A stretch of DNA of 64,000 nt from Selaginella moellendorffii (Eukaryota > Plantae > Lycopodiophyta). The position numbers and the translations under genes are program-made. Shown piece by piece: positions 1 to 11,568 of the stretch. How positions within the stretch are numbered: position 1 is the first letter of the stretch; every line of letters starts with the position of its first letter. The notes beneath the pieces were generated by a model. The model did no database searches. It had not been told where the DNA came from and saw only the letters and a program-made list of their open reading frames with translations. The stretch covers positions 187,208-251,207 of the forward strand of contig NW_003314323.1 in NCBI RefSeq assembly GCF_000143415.4, given 5' to 3'.

Positions 1-1
1 G

Positions 2-598
2 ATGGTGATGAAGCCAACTCCCAGCAAAGCGACCAGTGAAGCTCAAGCTTGCACACAAGGAGGTGAGAAAGAAATCTCCAAAATACCGTCACGAGCACGA
101 TCTTGTATTCGCGTAGATCCTTCGAGCGACGAGGAGTCCGACTTTACCATCGAGTACGAGCTTCTCTCGAGTGTATCAGACGACGAAGCCTTTGCCGCTG
201 AGAGCGAAAGCCACCACCGCGAGGATCAAGCGACCGATAGCAGTGTCCTTGAAGCAGCATCAGTGACAGGGCAAGAAGCTACTGCCGATGCGAGCGAAGA
301 ACATGCTGGAGGAGTTAGCGGTGCTTCAGAAACAACACTAGCTGGAGACGATGGTGGAGCTCACGGCGATGGAGAAGAAGAAGTCGGGCATAACAATGGA
401 CACGAAGCTTCGCAAGTTCGAAGCTCCGGCAATGGCAGCGAAGCGTATAGAATGGACGAGTTTGAGCAGCTGATGCAGGAGATGGCGGGTATGCGAGAGA
501 ATCTCAGTATGATGCCGGACGCACAGCGGCGAGAGATCGCCTCCCAGATCGCGATGAGAATGGCGTCCATGTTTATGGACGACGACGACGACGAATGA
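2..598 (+). CDS. 3' part of an alpha/gamma-adaptin-binding protein p34 (AAGAB)-like gene (5' truncated by the window)
   Basis: An acidic low-complexity linker is followed by C-terminal FEQLMQEMAGMRENLSMMPDAQRREIASQIAMRMASMF, which resembles the conserved C-terminal helix of plant p34/AAGAB homologues (from recall). Confidence 0.6.
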   Translation: MVMKPTPSKATSEAQACTQGGEKEISKIPSRARSCIRVDPSSDEESDFTIEYELLSSVSDDEAFAAESESHHREDQATDSSVLEAASVTGQEATADASEEHAGGVSGASETTLAGDDGGAHGDGEEEVGHNNGHEASQVRSSGNGSEAYRMDEFEQLMQEMAGMRENLSMMPDAQRREIASQIAMRMASMFMDDDDDE

Positions 599-654
599 TC
601 GATCATAATAGAAGAAGAAAACTTTACTCGAAACTTCAAGACTTAGAAATCAAA

Positions 655-1100
655 GCTAAAGTCCTTGCTTGGCACCAGAAGACCTCGGCGTTCCTCGGCA
701 GCTTTTCCACGATCCTGCTCCTACTCAAACATGTTCTTCTCGTCTCGCACAAACTCGGCGAATGGAAACGTCCATGGCGCCGTGCTCCCCCGGATTGATC
801 CTCTTCATCGCCCTCAATCCAAGTTCATAGACGAGTTCGAGTGAGTCTCTTCGTGCCTGTAGCCTCTCCCACCATACCACTGCATGGCGCTCAAAGCCTC
901 CGTCAGCGTGAGATGGAGATCATGCCCAGCATCCTCACGATCCTGTTCTCCATCACGATCTCGTAGTGCCGGAAGTTCTTGTCGGCCCCGCGGCGAAGAT
1001 GAGACACCACCTGCATGAAGTTCCGATCCTCCCCGGCCAGAGGTTGTCCACCATGATGGTGCGCTCCAGATCCAAACCTTCCAGCAGGCATGCGAGTCCC
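655..1100 (-). pseudogene. Frameshifted coding-like remnant, possibly FCP1/NIF phosphatase-like
   Basis: GC-rich, coding-like sequence is spread over several minus frames (LLEGLDLERTIMVDN; FMQVVSHLRRGADKNFRHYEIV...) with stops. DLERTIMVDN weakly recalls the NIF-domain DLxxxIxVDN motif. Confidence 0.25.
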
Positions 1101-1769
1101 TTCCTCTGGATCACTGACTTGTATCGAGTGTGTAGATCTCCCTGGTTCTCAAGCTTGGCTTTGATCATCTAAGCATTGGTGTTATTTCTATGTCATGAAT
1201 CCAGCTTTAGCTTCACGGAGCCGAGAACATTAAAGAAAGCTATGACGAAGGCGATGAAAGTAGAGGTGTAGAAATCCAACTCTCAGTCCATGCTGATAGA
1301 GCTGACGAACTTCAAAGCTCTCTCACCAATGCATGCAGAGGAGGCACCACAATTCAGCGAGCTACAACAATGAAATCCATCTGACTTAAGGTTTAGAGCT
1401 AACTAGATTTCAAAGAGCAAACAGGACTGATCATGGATCATATAAAATCTCTCCAAGCATCTGAAGCTTGCTTGATTTGCAAGTTTCTGATTGCTATTTT
1501 GTAGACTTTCCTTGTTCTTTTCGTTTGCTGATCGAGTCTTTGCACGGCTCTCTCATCCAAGCGCAAGGATGTTGCCGTCAAACAAGGAGCAAGAAATTGC
1601 AGAGATGAAGGCAAGTTTCTCTTCAATGTTTTATTCTTCAGTTAAAACTGTGTTGGGCACTTCAGACTCTCGTCCACGATTTGAAGCTTTCTTTGAGGCC
1701 TCCAACGTTTCAGGTACTCATGCATTCTCCAGGCTAGATAGCGATCTTACAACTTCCATACATGCAGAA

Positions 1770-1940
1770 TTTACATGTACACTTGCAATACATGTGAACG
1801 AGCGTGTTCCCGATCTCTTGCGAGAATTTGCCCCCAAATCGTTGCAAGACACTGCCGTGAATCTTTCTTCCCTCTTCCACATCCTTGACGCTCGAGCAAG
1901 CCCCAAGCACGCTCACATACGTGATCTCATTGGGAATCAC
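1770..1940 (-). pseudogene. Isolated PLS-PPR fragment
   Basis: PNEITYVSVLGACSSVKDVEEGRKIHG...GNTLVHMYCKC is an L-S motif pair, with no flanking PPR ORF. Confidence 0.7.
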
Positions 1941-3911
1941 TAAAGATTAATGTGTTTCATTCAATGGTAACATTATATGAGGTTGTGACTTTCAAAGTTT
2001 AGAATTGCAGAAAAAAAAGCCAAGCACTTGATGTATTGTGTTGATTTTGCTTCTTTTATTATTTTATACTGCTTGTGATGGCTTGATTGTTTTGAATTTG
2101 ATTTGATCAACAAGAAAAACTACCAAAGTGATTTCATTTGAAATTGAAAATATCACCACATCTAGATTTCTCAAATTGACACTTTTAGAACATTATTATT
2201 TTTTCCTTTCACTGATATTGCTTATAAAACCTCTATTGCCTCTGGCTGCTCCTCCTAAGAATCCTTCTCAAACACATAATCTTCATTGTCCACATTATAA
2301 AGAATTTGACTCATTTCATTGTTACTTATTTGAATTTCTGCCAAGTCCTCCTTGTTCTAGCTGCTCCAAAACTTCTTCAAATGTGAGATCTAGCATCTCC
2401 TCATCTCAGATTTGACAACAGAATTTCAATTATCTCTTTGTCATTCACTGGTATTTCTGCCATTTTAAAGATCATAATAGGGGTGTGTTCCTTTTCGTGT
2501 GCAACTTCATTCTCCTCAAGCAATGCTATGATATTAAACCATTGATATAGAGATCTTCCACATCCTGCATGTGAATCACTACCCCAGCTTTATCAGTCTG
2601 TTGACCATTCTGTTTCGCTTCACTGCGAACCCTTTACTCATATAGTCTTGAACTGGAGCATGTTTGAGCTTCTTGTCTTAATGTGCCATGTCTTCCTAAG
2701 TGGTTTAATCTTGGCTGCTTCATATATGTGAGTTTTGTTTTTCCACTATAGGTAAATTTTTTCTTGCATTAACTGCAATGGTACTTTGGCTAGCTAATGT
2801 TGTCATTGCTGAAGTAATTGAAGTTGCCACATTCACTTTGATTGCACTTTGTATAAGTCAAGTGTTGCTCTTTCAGGTATGTCATCAACTTCCACACTTC
2901 CAAACTGAAAGCCACTCTATTTGGGAGGAGGAAGCAAACAATGGGTACTTTTGGAGAAGATAAAACTCCTTGTACACTTTGCTGCTCTTCTTTAGCATCA
3001 CATGAGTGTGTTTAAAGCTAACTTTGGGTAAAGGGAGTTTTATTAAACATCTGTTAATTTCTACCTTTATATCTAGCATATTCTTATAATTTTAATGTTA
3101 CTGAGTGAAGTCATTGGGTAGTTTTGGAGAAGATGGAGCTCCTTGTACACCTTCCTTGGCTCAAAAAGATGAATGCTTTAAGTGAAACAGCTTAAAGGCC
3201 CACTAGTTTTAGAAAATAAAGGTCCTTTAGTTTTTTAAAATGGTGTTGTTGGAATTCAAAGATCAAAATTTGATCTTAACTTATTTGGAATATGCATACA
3301 CATCCAAATATTTTTTGAAGAAAGCTTTGGATTGGTTTATATTAACCACTTCATAATCTGTTTTATGTATTTTATATCAATGGAACGTTAAGAATTTGGA
3401 ATGTTTCTGAGGTAAGAAAATAGTTACTCTCTTCCGGTTCAATAAGTACTCTGAGAAGATAAAGAGGTTCTTGTTGAGTTGTGCTATTTGTAACTTTGTT
3501 TTGGCTAGAAGACAAGAGCGAGAAGGCCAGAGTTTCCCAACGTATGCTACAGTCACTACTCGTTCTACTTGGGAAGAGTATCATCCAAGTCGAACGAGAT
3601 ATCAATTATAACTCTCACTGAAACCCCAGGATGGATGTGTATATATATATATGATGAAAAGGTAAAATCCTTTTTACATACCTCACGTTTCGACTTCACA
3701 ATAGTTACTCTCGAGAGCTGAACTCAGTAATCGATTGGTGACAGAAGAGATTAATCACGAAGGAGAATGGACAACTTGCCAGAGACGATGATCGTGTTGT
3801 AGTACGATAGCACGGGCTCTATGTTTATATGACATGATAGAGACACCGTTTCCTGATTGATCTTGGTTAGAAGGCCAACGAGAAAGAAATGATAGAACTT
3901 TGGCTTACCTT

Positions 3912-6900
3912 TTAAAAATAGCTGGAGACCTCCTGGATCATTGACAACTGCGCTAGAACTTTGCCAGCTTTCTTCTTCACAGTGACCGATCCGTGCTGCG
4001 CCAGTTCCACCAGAGGGAGCTTTGCTCGCCCGCAATAAGTTTCTCTCATATTCTTTAGTTTGAAGAGGCACGCCAGGAGATCGACCGTGCGCTCCTTGGC
4101 CGTGGCTGTCCCGTGAGCGAGCAAGCCCAGTGATTTGAGGATTGCGTTTGCTTCGTGAAGAAACCAGGCCCCGCGTTCTCTAGTTTCTTCACTGGAGACA
4201 AAAGTGAAGAAAGCCTCTACTGCTGCTTCGGCGGCAACGCTGCTTGGCTCGTCCAGTAGAGCAACCAGACCCGGAACCGCCCTGGCTTCCACGATGCAAA
4301 ACGTGGTCTTGACGCTGCATACTCCGGTGTGGACCTTGCAAATCGCTGGCACTGTCGGCCGGAAACAAAGCCATCCTGTGCTCGTTGGCGGATGGCACAA
4401 GTCTAGTGTGGTCAGGGAGAAGTTCCTCAGGGCTCGTGCTGCTCTTGCCTTCCCTGTTGTGGTTCCCGAGTTGAGGATCGTCACCAGGACAGAATGGATC
4501 CCCGAGTCCACCAAAGTCCTCTGGAGCTCTACGTTAGTTGGCTCCGTGAACCTCTCGAGCGCAGCGAGAGCACTCTCAGTGACTTTGGAGCTGTCGCCTT
4601 TCACCTGGGCCAGCACCGTGGTCACAGCTCCAGCCTCCATCAGTGTCTCCATGGTTTGCTTGTTGCTCGGGAAGCTCGCCAGTACCATTAAAAGATCTGC
4701 TCGGATGTCTGCGGAAGAACAGTTGCCGATCAAGTTAACGAAGTGTTCCAGCTTCTTCTCGGTGTACAGGCAGTCGAAAATGTCGCCTCCAGCTCCTTCC
4801 GACATGGAGCGAAGCAGGAACACAGCCGAGTCACGGACTTCTCTCTCGGCTCCATCGAGCAGCCCAACCAGAAAAGCTACTCCTTGCTGTTCCTTTATCA
4901 CTTCCTGTACTAGTTCCCCGTCTTTTGATTGTGCCAGTCCATGAAGTACCAGGAGAATAGGTGCCCGAAGAATCAAGCCGTGCGAGGAGCTTTCCATGAG
5001 ACCGATGAGCGTCTCGACGGCCTGTTTTACGTTCACTGCGTGCCCATCCCGGTCAGTGAGCGATGCGTCCGTATTTCCTTGCGCTATATTCTTGAGAGTT
5101 ATTGCTGCAGCTTCTTTGCAAGTCTGAGGGAGCCTGGGAGACGTCAGATTGTCCATGAGAACGGGAAATCCACCAGCTTGTGCCATGCTTCGCTGGTTCT
5201 GAGAGTTTGACGACAGATTCCTCAACGCCTCCAACGCAGTAGCTTTTGCTTCGAGTTTATCGCTTATCATCATCTGGAGGAGAGGACCGATGACTCCTTT
5301 CTCTCCAAGCATGAGCTTGTTTTGATCCGACAGAGACTCGAGGTTCCCAAGGGCTCGAGCCATAGCCAACTTCGATTCCTCACTACCTGTACAAGACCTG
5401 GCAAGGTTAGGAAACCAAAAAGAAGAAAAGAAATGACGGACCTTCAAGTAAGGACGATATCAGTGGATCAAAGTAGCTCATGGATGCCATTTGCACAATG
5501 TTCTCATTGCTGCTGCAAAGCTTCTCAAGGACAGGTTTTGCTGTCGGCTCGTTCTCATTGTGGAGCATCACGAGATGTAAGACGGCGCTCTTTTCTTGGC
5601 AGAGCTTCTCGCAAACAGATCTTTCATCCCCTTGCAGAAGCTCCAGCAATACCGACAGCGCCAGCTTTTTTAACGTACTCTTCCCGAGGCATCGAACGAC
5701 TTGTTCCAGTCCGCCAACCTGGACAACTTCATCCTGGAGTAGAAAAAGCGCAAGCATAACTTATACATGAAGTAGACAGAAAGAAGAGACGAAGATACGT
5801 ACTCTGTTTCTAAAATTGTTGTGCACGAGAATCCGCAGAGCTGTGAGAGCTCTCCTTTGGACCTCCTTGTCACGCAGCTTCATCACCTCAATGATCTCCG
5901 GAATAACATTCTCTGCGGCGATCCACTCCGTGTTCGTGTTGCTCTCCTCGCACAGCTTGCACAAATCATCCAGAGCATTCTGCGCCAGTGCCACGTCCCT
6001 CTTTTGGAGAAAATGCTTCGCTCGACGAATCCGTATGCAGTAGTTCTGATCCGTCCACTCCTGGATAGCCTTCCTCAGCGAAGTGTTGGGCCTCAGCGTG
6101 AAATCCGTAAGTTCCATATGAGTGAAAGGGTCCGACGTGTGGCCGCTCGCAAACCACCTTTCGATCTCACTTCGCTCGTAAGTCCGGTTGCTCGAAGCAG
6201 TCACTGGATCGATCATAACCTCACGCGCGAGCGGACAGATGAAGGAGCTCAGTGGATCAACCGGCTCAGTGATTCCAATGTGCTCGGACGCCTCCTTGTA
6301 CCGCTGTCTTAGAACATCTGACGTGTAGGCAGCGTCGGCCTTGGACAGAAGATCGATCACTTGCTCCATGAAAGCCTGCTCCTGCATTTGCTTTCGCTCA
6401 GCCAGCAGCTCCTTCTCTCTTTTAAAGCTCGAGAGCTCCTTGTTGATCTCGGATGGCTCCACTGGAACTCCCACGGCCATGGCGATGGCGACGATAAGAT
6501 CGTTGGCGAAGCCCTGGTCCGTCCTGTGATCCCGGATCCCCTCCTCGAGCTTGCTGAGTATCTGTAACTTTGTCTCGGACGCCTGGAACTCAGCGCTCAA
6601 GAACTGGTTCTTGACTCTCAAGAGGTTGTCCCGGATATCAAGCGAGAGCTCCGTCCCGGCCAGGGACAAGAGCTCCAGATCCTTGCCGATATCGCGAGTC
6701 ACCACCTGTGCGTCCTTGACGATGGAGCGGCAATGGAGCAGCAAGTAGAACTTGGACTTGTCCGTGCAATCGCTTACCAGCGTGTGCGCTCGATCCAGGT
6801 CGGTCTTGAGCGACTGGAGCGCCTGGTTGGCTGCCGTGAGATCCTTGAAGCAGCGCTCCTTGAGCTCCGCGAGCACGGGCTCGATGTCGTGGAGGTAGCG

Positions 6901-7023
6901 CGAAAGCTTCTGGAAGCTCTCCTTCTCCACCAGGACATCCTTGGCGGCGATGGCAATCTCCAGCACCTGTGTGGTGATGAGCGTCAAGAGCGTGCTGATG
7001 GGGATGACCTCGATTCCAATCAT
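3912..7023 (-). CDS. U-box/ARM-repeat E3 ligase, PUB43/PUB44 (SAUL1)-like; 3 exons (7023-5803, 5733-5442, 5386-3912)
   Basis: U-box SFICPLAREVMIDPV...TYERSEIERWF...DPFT...LRPNTSLRKAIQEW, ARM repeats and the C-terminal CKVHTGVCSVKTTFCIVEA motif. GT-AG introns at 5734-5802 and 5387-5441 join the ORFs in frame. Confidence 0.9.
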
Positions 7024-7205
7024 CGTGGCGCTGCTCCTCGCATTGACTAGAAATCCAAGCCCCAATTACCCTGATCCCCGTTGCGATGCGTGATCGAAAT
7101 CTCTTCCTCTCCCGAGCCGCAGCTAGCAGATGATCGCGCGAGATAGCGATAAAACCCTAGCCCACGCAAAAATGCCGCGCTTTTCTTCCTAGGGTTCTTG
7201 GCGCG

Positions 7206-8225
7206 ATGGGGCTCCGGCTTGATCTCCCTTACCTCGTCTCCAAGAAGGGCCACGTCCTGTCGCCGCGGCCGATTGGAGTGAAGAAGCTCAAAATCCCCAA
7301 GCGCGTCTTCTTCATGCTCGGCTATCCGGTATGTGGATCGATCGCATTGTCGATCGACTGGCTAAATCACTGCTCCAGGGCACGGGCAAGTCTACCGCGA
7401 TCGCGTCTATCCTTGAGAAGCTCAGGAAGAATCACCCCAGGCTGCGAGTCCAGGGCTTCTACCAGAGTAGGAACTATTTGTCTGGCGCTTTATAAATGCT
7501 GTAGCTCTGACCGTGCGTTCTTTTGTCCTGGAAGAACCATTGCTTCGCAGGGGTGAGAACATTGGCGTGGAATCGGTCTCGGTGAATGGCCCCAGCAAGA
7601 TCTTCACGTCAACATATCCCATTCCGTGTGAGAAGATTTTCGATTTTCATTCTCTTTTTTGACATGGAAACGCGTTTTTTGTTCATTCTTTTTCTTCCTT
7701 AGGTGGTCCGCGACACGGACTCCGCCATTTCTGGGAAAGCATAGGATCGACATTGGAGCTTTCGAATCCATCGCTTTACCGGAGTTAAAAGTATGTTTAC
7801 TGAATCGAGCGCGATTGAGCAAAGTTTGATTTTTTTTTTTTTTTCTTGTGTGTGTGTGCAGCTACACTACGAGACCGAGCTCTTTGTCGTGGACGAAGTG
7901 GGAGTGAAGGAACTAATGTCTCCAAAGTTTTATCCTTTGCTCCAAGACGTGCTCAACTCCGAGGTTCCGATACTGGGAGCTTTGCAACGGAATTGCTACT
8001 GGGAGGACGAGATCAAACAAGGTTCTGCTTTGTCAAATCAAATTCCGGTTCCTAAAAGTGAAACTTTTGGCAGTGGAGGAGATCAAGAAACGCAAAGACA
8101 CGCTGATCTACAAAATCTACAAGAAGACCACGAACCACACAGCAAAGCTGGTGTACCAAAGGCTAAACCAGTTTTTCCTCTACAGGAAAGAGGAAGGCCG
8201 AGATCACATCCGGAGAAGTCACTGA
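7206..8225 (+). CDS. NTPase_1 family (NTPCR/THEP1-like) nucleoside triphosphatase, multi-exon
   Basis: The spliced product has Walker A GYP|GTGKST, VQGFY, HRIDIGAFESIALPEL and Walker B LFVVDEVGVKELMS. The last exon ends RRSH-TGA at 8225. Confidence 0.8.
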
Positions 8226-8383
8226 TCGTGTTCATAATCAAATGGTACACTTTTCTCCTCCTTTCCATCCTTTGATTGATCCCGTGCTGCGGTATATCAC
8301 ATCAACGCGAAAGTTTTGCTTGTCTCATCAGAAGGTAAACTTGTTCTTCCCGATTGATCTTGTTTTTAACTTCGAAACTTCAG

Positions 8384-9363
8384 CTAGACGCGAGCTGGTC
8401 TCGAAAGCCCCATGCCGGTGCCACTACCAACATGCTTGAACGTCTTGGCTTCCAGATTTTCATCGTGACCAGCGAAACCAGTGCCACCTTTCTCCAGCGT
8501 CACCATGTTCTTGGCCTTGCACGGCCGGTTACACACCGAGCAAGCCTTCTCCGGGATGATGAACTGCTCGGCACACTTCTTACACAGGACGTGACCGCAG
8601 CTATTGATCACCACCAGCGTCGTCCTGTTCGTCAGCGTGGTGGAACACGAAGGACACATATACCGGTTCTCTTCCGTGTCCTTCCCTTCCGGGTCGACGA
8701 TCTCGCTGAAAGAAATCGTGAAGAGCTGCTTGAGCTTGAGCTTCTCCTTCCCTTCCGGACAGATCGTATCAGTCGATGGAGCGTCGATTCTCTCGGCAGC
8801 CTCTGGAGTCGCCGATGGAAGCCAGAAAGCTTTCATGCTTTTCAGCGCCTCCTCTTCGTAAGACGTGACTTTGACGCTGTTGGCTCCCTGGAATCCAGCC
8901 TTGGCGTCGCCAAAGTCGTGGTTCTTGTCGTGGTGAGGCACCGCGCTGTTGTTCTGGCGATCGAATGCCTCGAGCGCGCGCTCCTTCTCGAGATTTCGCC
9001 GCTCCAGCTCGTCCTCTTGATCCTTCTTTTGCTGCGTCGCGAACAACGCGATCTTCCTGTAGCGCCCACAAAGGCGTTGCAAAATCTATCCTTTCCCCAA
9101 GCACAAATCAAGGAAAATCCATACCTCTTGATGTCCTTCTTCTGAGCTAGCAGGGACTCGAGAATGCACTCCTTGCAGAAGAGATGGCCCTTTTGGCAGC
9201 ACTGCGGATCGGTGAGGCGCTTAAGGCAAATGCAGCAGGCATCGAATGGCTTGATCGAATCCTTGCCCAGCCGCTCCTTCTGCGTGCCATAGCCAAGCTT
9301 GCGCCGCTCATCGTATGTGAAGAATGCGAGATCGTTGTTGTTCTTGGAGTGGCGCTGCGGCAT
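8384..9363 (-). CDS. NOSIP: Nitric oxide synthase-interacting protein (RING E3 ligase; Arabidopsis CSU1-like), 2 exons
   Basis: MPQRHSKNNN...YGTQKERLGKDSIKPFDACCICL, AFWLPSATP and a C-terminal RING CPSC...CGHVLCKKC...CSVC. One intron at ~9058-9124. Confidence 0.92.
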
Positions 9364-9444
9364 CCTTCCTCTCCTCAAGCCCTAGAAATTCAAGGAATCA
9401 AAACAGAATAAACCCTTAAAACTATATGGACTAAAAAATTGCAA

Positions 9445-9518
9445 TTCCATTGCCGGGATTTGAACCCGGGTCGCCTGGGTGAAAGCCAGGTATCCTGACC
9501 GGACTAGACGACAATGGA
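9445..9518 (-). tRNA. tRNA-Glu (anticodon UUC)
   Basis: The minus strand TCCATTG...CCTGG CTTTCAC CCAGG...CCGGG TTCAAAT CCCGG CAATGGA A folds into a cloverleaf. A T6 Pol III terminator lies at 9438-9433. Confidence 0.95.
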
Positions 9519-9627
9519 TGGTGTGAAGTTTTTGAATTTTCTTCACTACAGCCGATATAGCTTTAACCCATTTTAACTTAGTAGACAGATCTTCGCGGCT
9601 TTTTTACTTTCTTTTTAACTCTTCTCT

Positions 9628-11278
9628 TCATGGAAATTCACCATCGCTCTCAAACTCGTCGGATGAAACATCTCCTCCCACTAAGTTATCGTCCGTGTCG
9701 GTTTTGTCGTCCTTGCCTCCAAACTCGTCCTCGGTGAAGTCTTGGTACTCGGCTGGATTGGACTTTGGCCGCGGAGGCTCTCTCTTCTTGTGCTTGAGTG
9801 GAGGCGCCACAAACGCGATCTTTTCCACCAGTCCAGCCACGTCCGACTCTTGGCGCATCTTCTCCAGTCGAGCAGCCAGTCTGCTCATATGAGCTTCCAG
9901 AGCTTCTTTGCTTTGATTGTATCTAGCCCTGTACAAAGCCTGGAAGGAAAAAACACAGCAATGTTTCAGTGTGATCTAGAGAAACTTGGTAGAACCAAAA
10001 GGCGATGATCTAGCAAAACCGCTGGAGGACTTGAGACAAGAAGAACGATCAAGCAAAACGGTGATGTGTTTCAGTGTGATCTAGAGAAACTTGGTACAAC
10101 CAAAAGACGATGATCTAGCAAAACAGCTAGAGGACTTAGAGAAAACAAAAGAAGATAAAGAAGTTGAGTGACAAGAAGAACGATCAAGCAAAATGGTGGA
10201 GTTGATCTAGCGTGAAAGAATCGGAGAACTTGAGAGAAAGAGTGAGAGCTACTTACATTTCTCTTGGAGAGCTGGTTCTCGGGAATTAGCTCGTTTGGCT
10301 GCCTGTAGTTCCTGCCTCGGTACATGTAGACAGTGGTGCCTATGATGTCTACAACGATGCCTCCGCTCAGTCTCGCCAGCTCGGCCGCCATGTCTTTGAT
10401 CTTGCTCTTGTGGAACATATGGAGGTCGATCTGGCACGTCTCGTGGAACTTCCAGTGCTGGTGGATGTTTTCGATGGTTCCACCAAAAATCCCTCGCACT
10501 CCAACCGGAACGTAGTTCCTGTTCATGTTTGCGAGCTTCTTGAGCGAGTAGAGCTGCTCTGGCGTGAGTATTTCTGGATCGTGCTCGGACTCCTCGTCCG
10601 GTGGAAGTTTCAGGCTCTCGAGCCGCTGCTTTTGGAGAGCAAGCTTCCGTCTAGTCTGCAAGGTGAAGAAGAAAAAGAAAAGGAGTTAGAACACCTGAGA
10701 TCATAGAAAACAAATGGAAGTACCAATTCGAGCCTCCACATAAGCTTTGCTTCCGGGGTCATGTTGTGCTGCCTAAACGCTCCTCTCTCACGGAGGAGCT
10801 TCGCATTCTCGATCGCTCGCCTTTTCTTCTCGTTCTCGTTTAGATTCAATCCAACGTACTCGCCAGTTTGTGGGTTCGTCCACCTTGCTTGAGCCTCCAT
10901 GCACGAACTTGTCACAAAAGTTCGACAGAAGAATCGTTTTCCCTGCTCTGTCGCTGACGAGAACGAAGATATGGCGATGGAGTTCGTAACGACCTCGTTT
11001 TTCCCTGTGAGAACTTAGAACCATAAACACAATCGAAACTTCCAAAGATCATACCTCTTCTTGGATCGAAAATGGATACATGCTCGTTTTTTCCTGCAAG
11101 AAGCCTGCTATTAAGAACAATAGCCATGAACATATCAAGTTATACCTCTGGATTCTCGAGAAAAAATTCCTCTCCAGGCCAATCTGATCGATCCTGTGAT
11201 GCGAATCCATCACGAAATCGGCACAAAGAGCTAGAATCTGCGCATACCTTGTCGTGATCGTGAGACAGTGCTCCACAT
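9628..11278 (-). CDS. CRM (CRS1/YhbY)-domain organellar RNA splicing/ribosome maturation protein, ~6 exons
   Basis: HDPEILTPEQ...NYVPVGVRGIFGGTIENIHQHWKFHETCQI...LARLSGGIVV...YRGRNY is a CRM domain. The hand-spliced N-terminus MWSTVSRSRQGSIRLAWRGIFSR looks like a mitochondrial transit peptide. Confidence 0.85.
9961..10200. repeat. ~105-bp imperfect tandem duplication in the last CRM intron
   Basis: tttcagtgtgatctagagaaacttggt...gacaagaagaacgatcaagcaaaa occurs twice. Confidence 0.8.
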
Positions 11279-11568
11279 TCTCCGCCCCGGAGCATCAAAA
11301 CCCTAAACCTTTGGCATTACGAATAACCCTAGCAGGGATTTTGGAGGGAGGGAGAGGGCTGGCGATTTCGTCTCGAAAGATCGACTCCTCGGCGACTGGA
11401 GCACAGCGCCATGGTAGATTCCATCTTCGGTGAGCTTCTTGGCACGGCGTCCTGGTGAATCGCTTCCAGATCGGTGCTAGGGCGCCTACATTCAAGAAAG
11501 ATCCAGGTCTGGACACCGCATTCTTGCGCAGCGTCTTGCGATGGCTGGATAGATCGACAAGGGTCGCG

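Noticed and set aside
1950-3750. Short ORFs in AT-rich intergenic DNA
   Set aside because: Multiple stops and no recognisable domain; at most decayed TE or gene debris.
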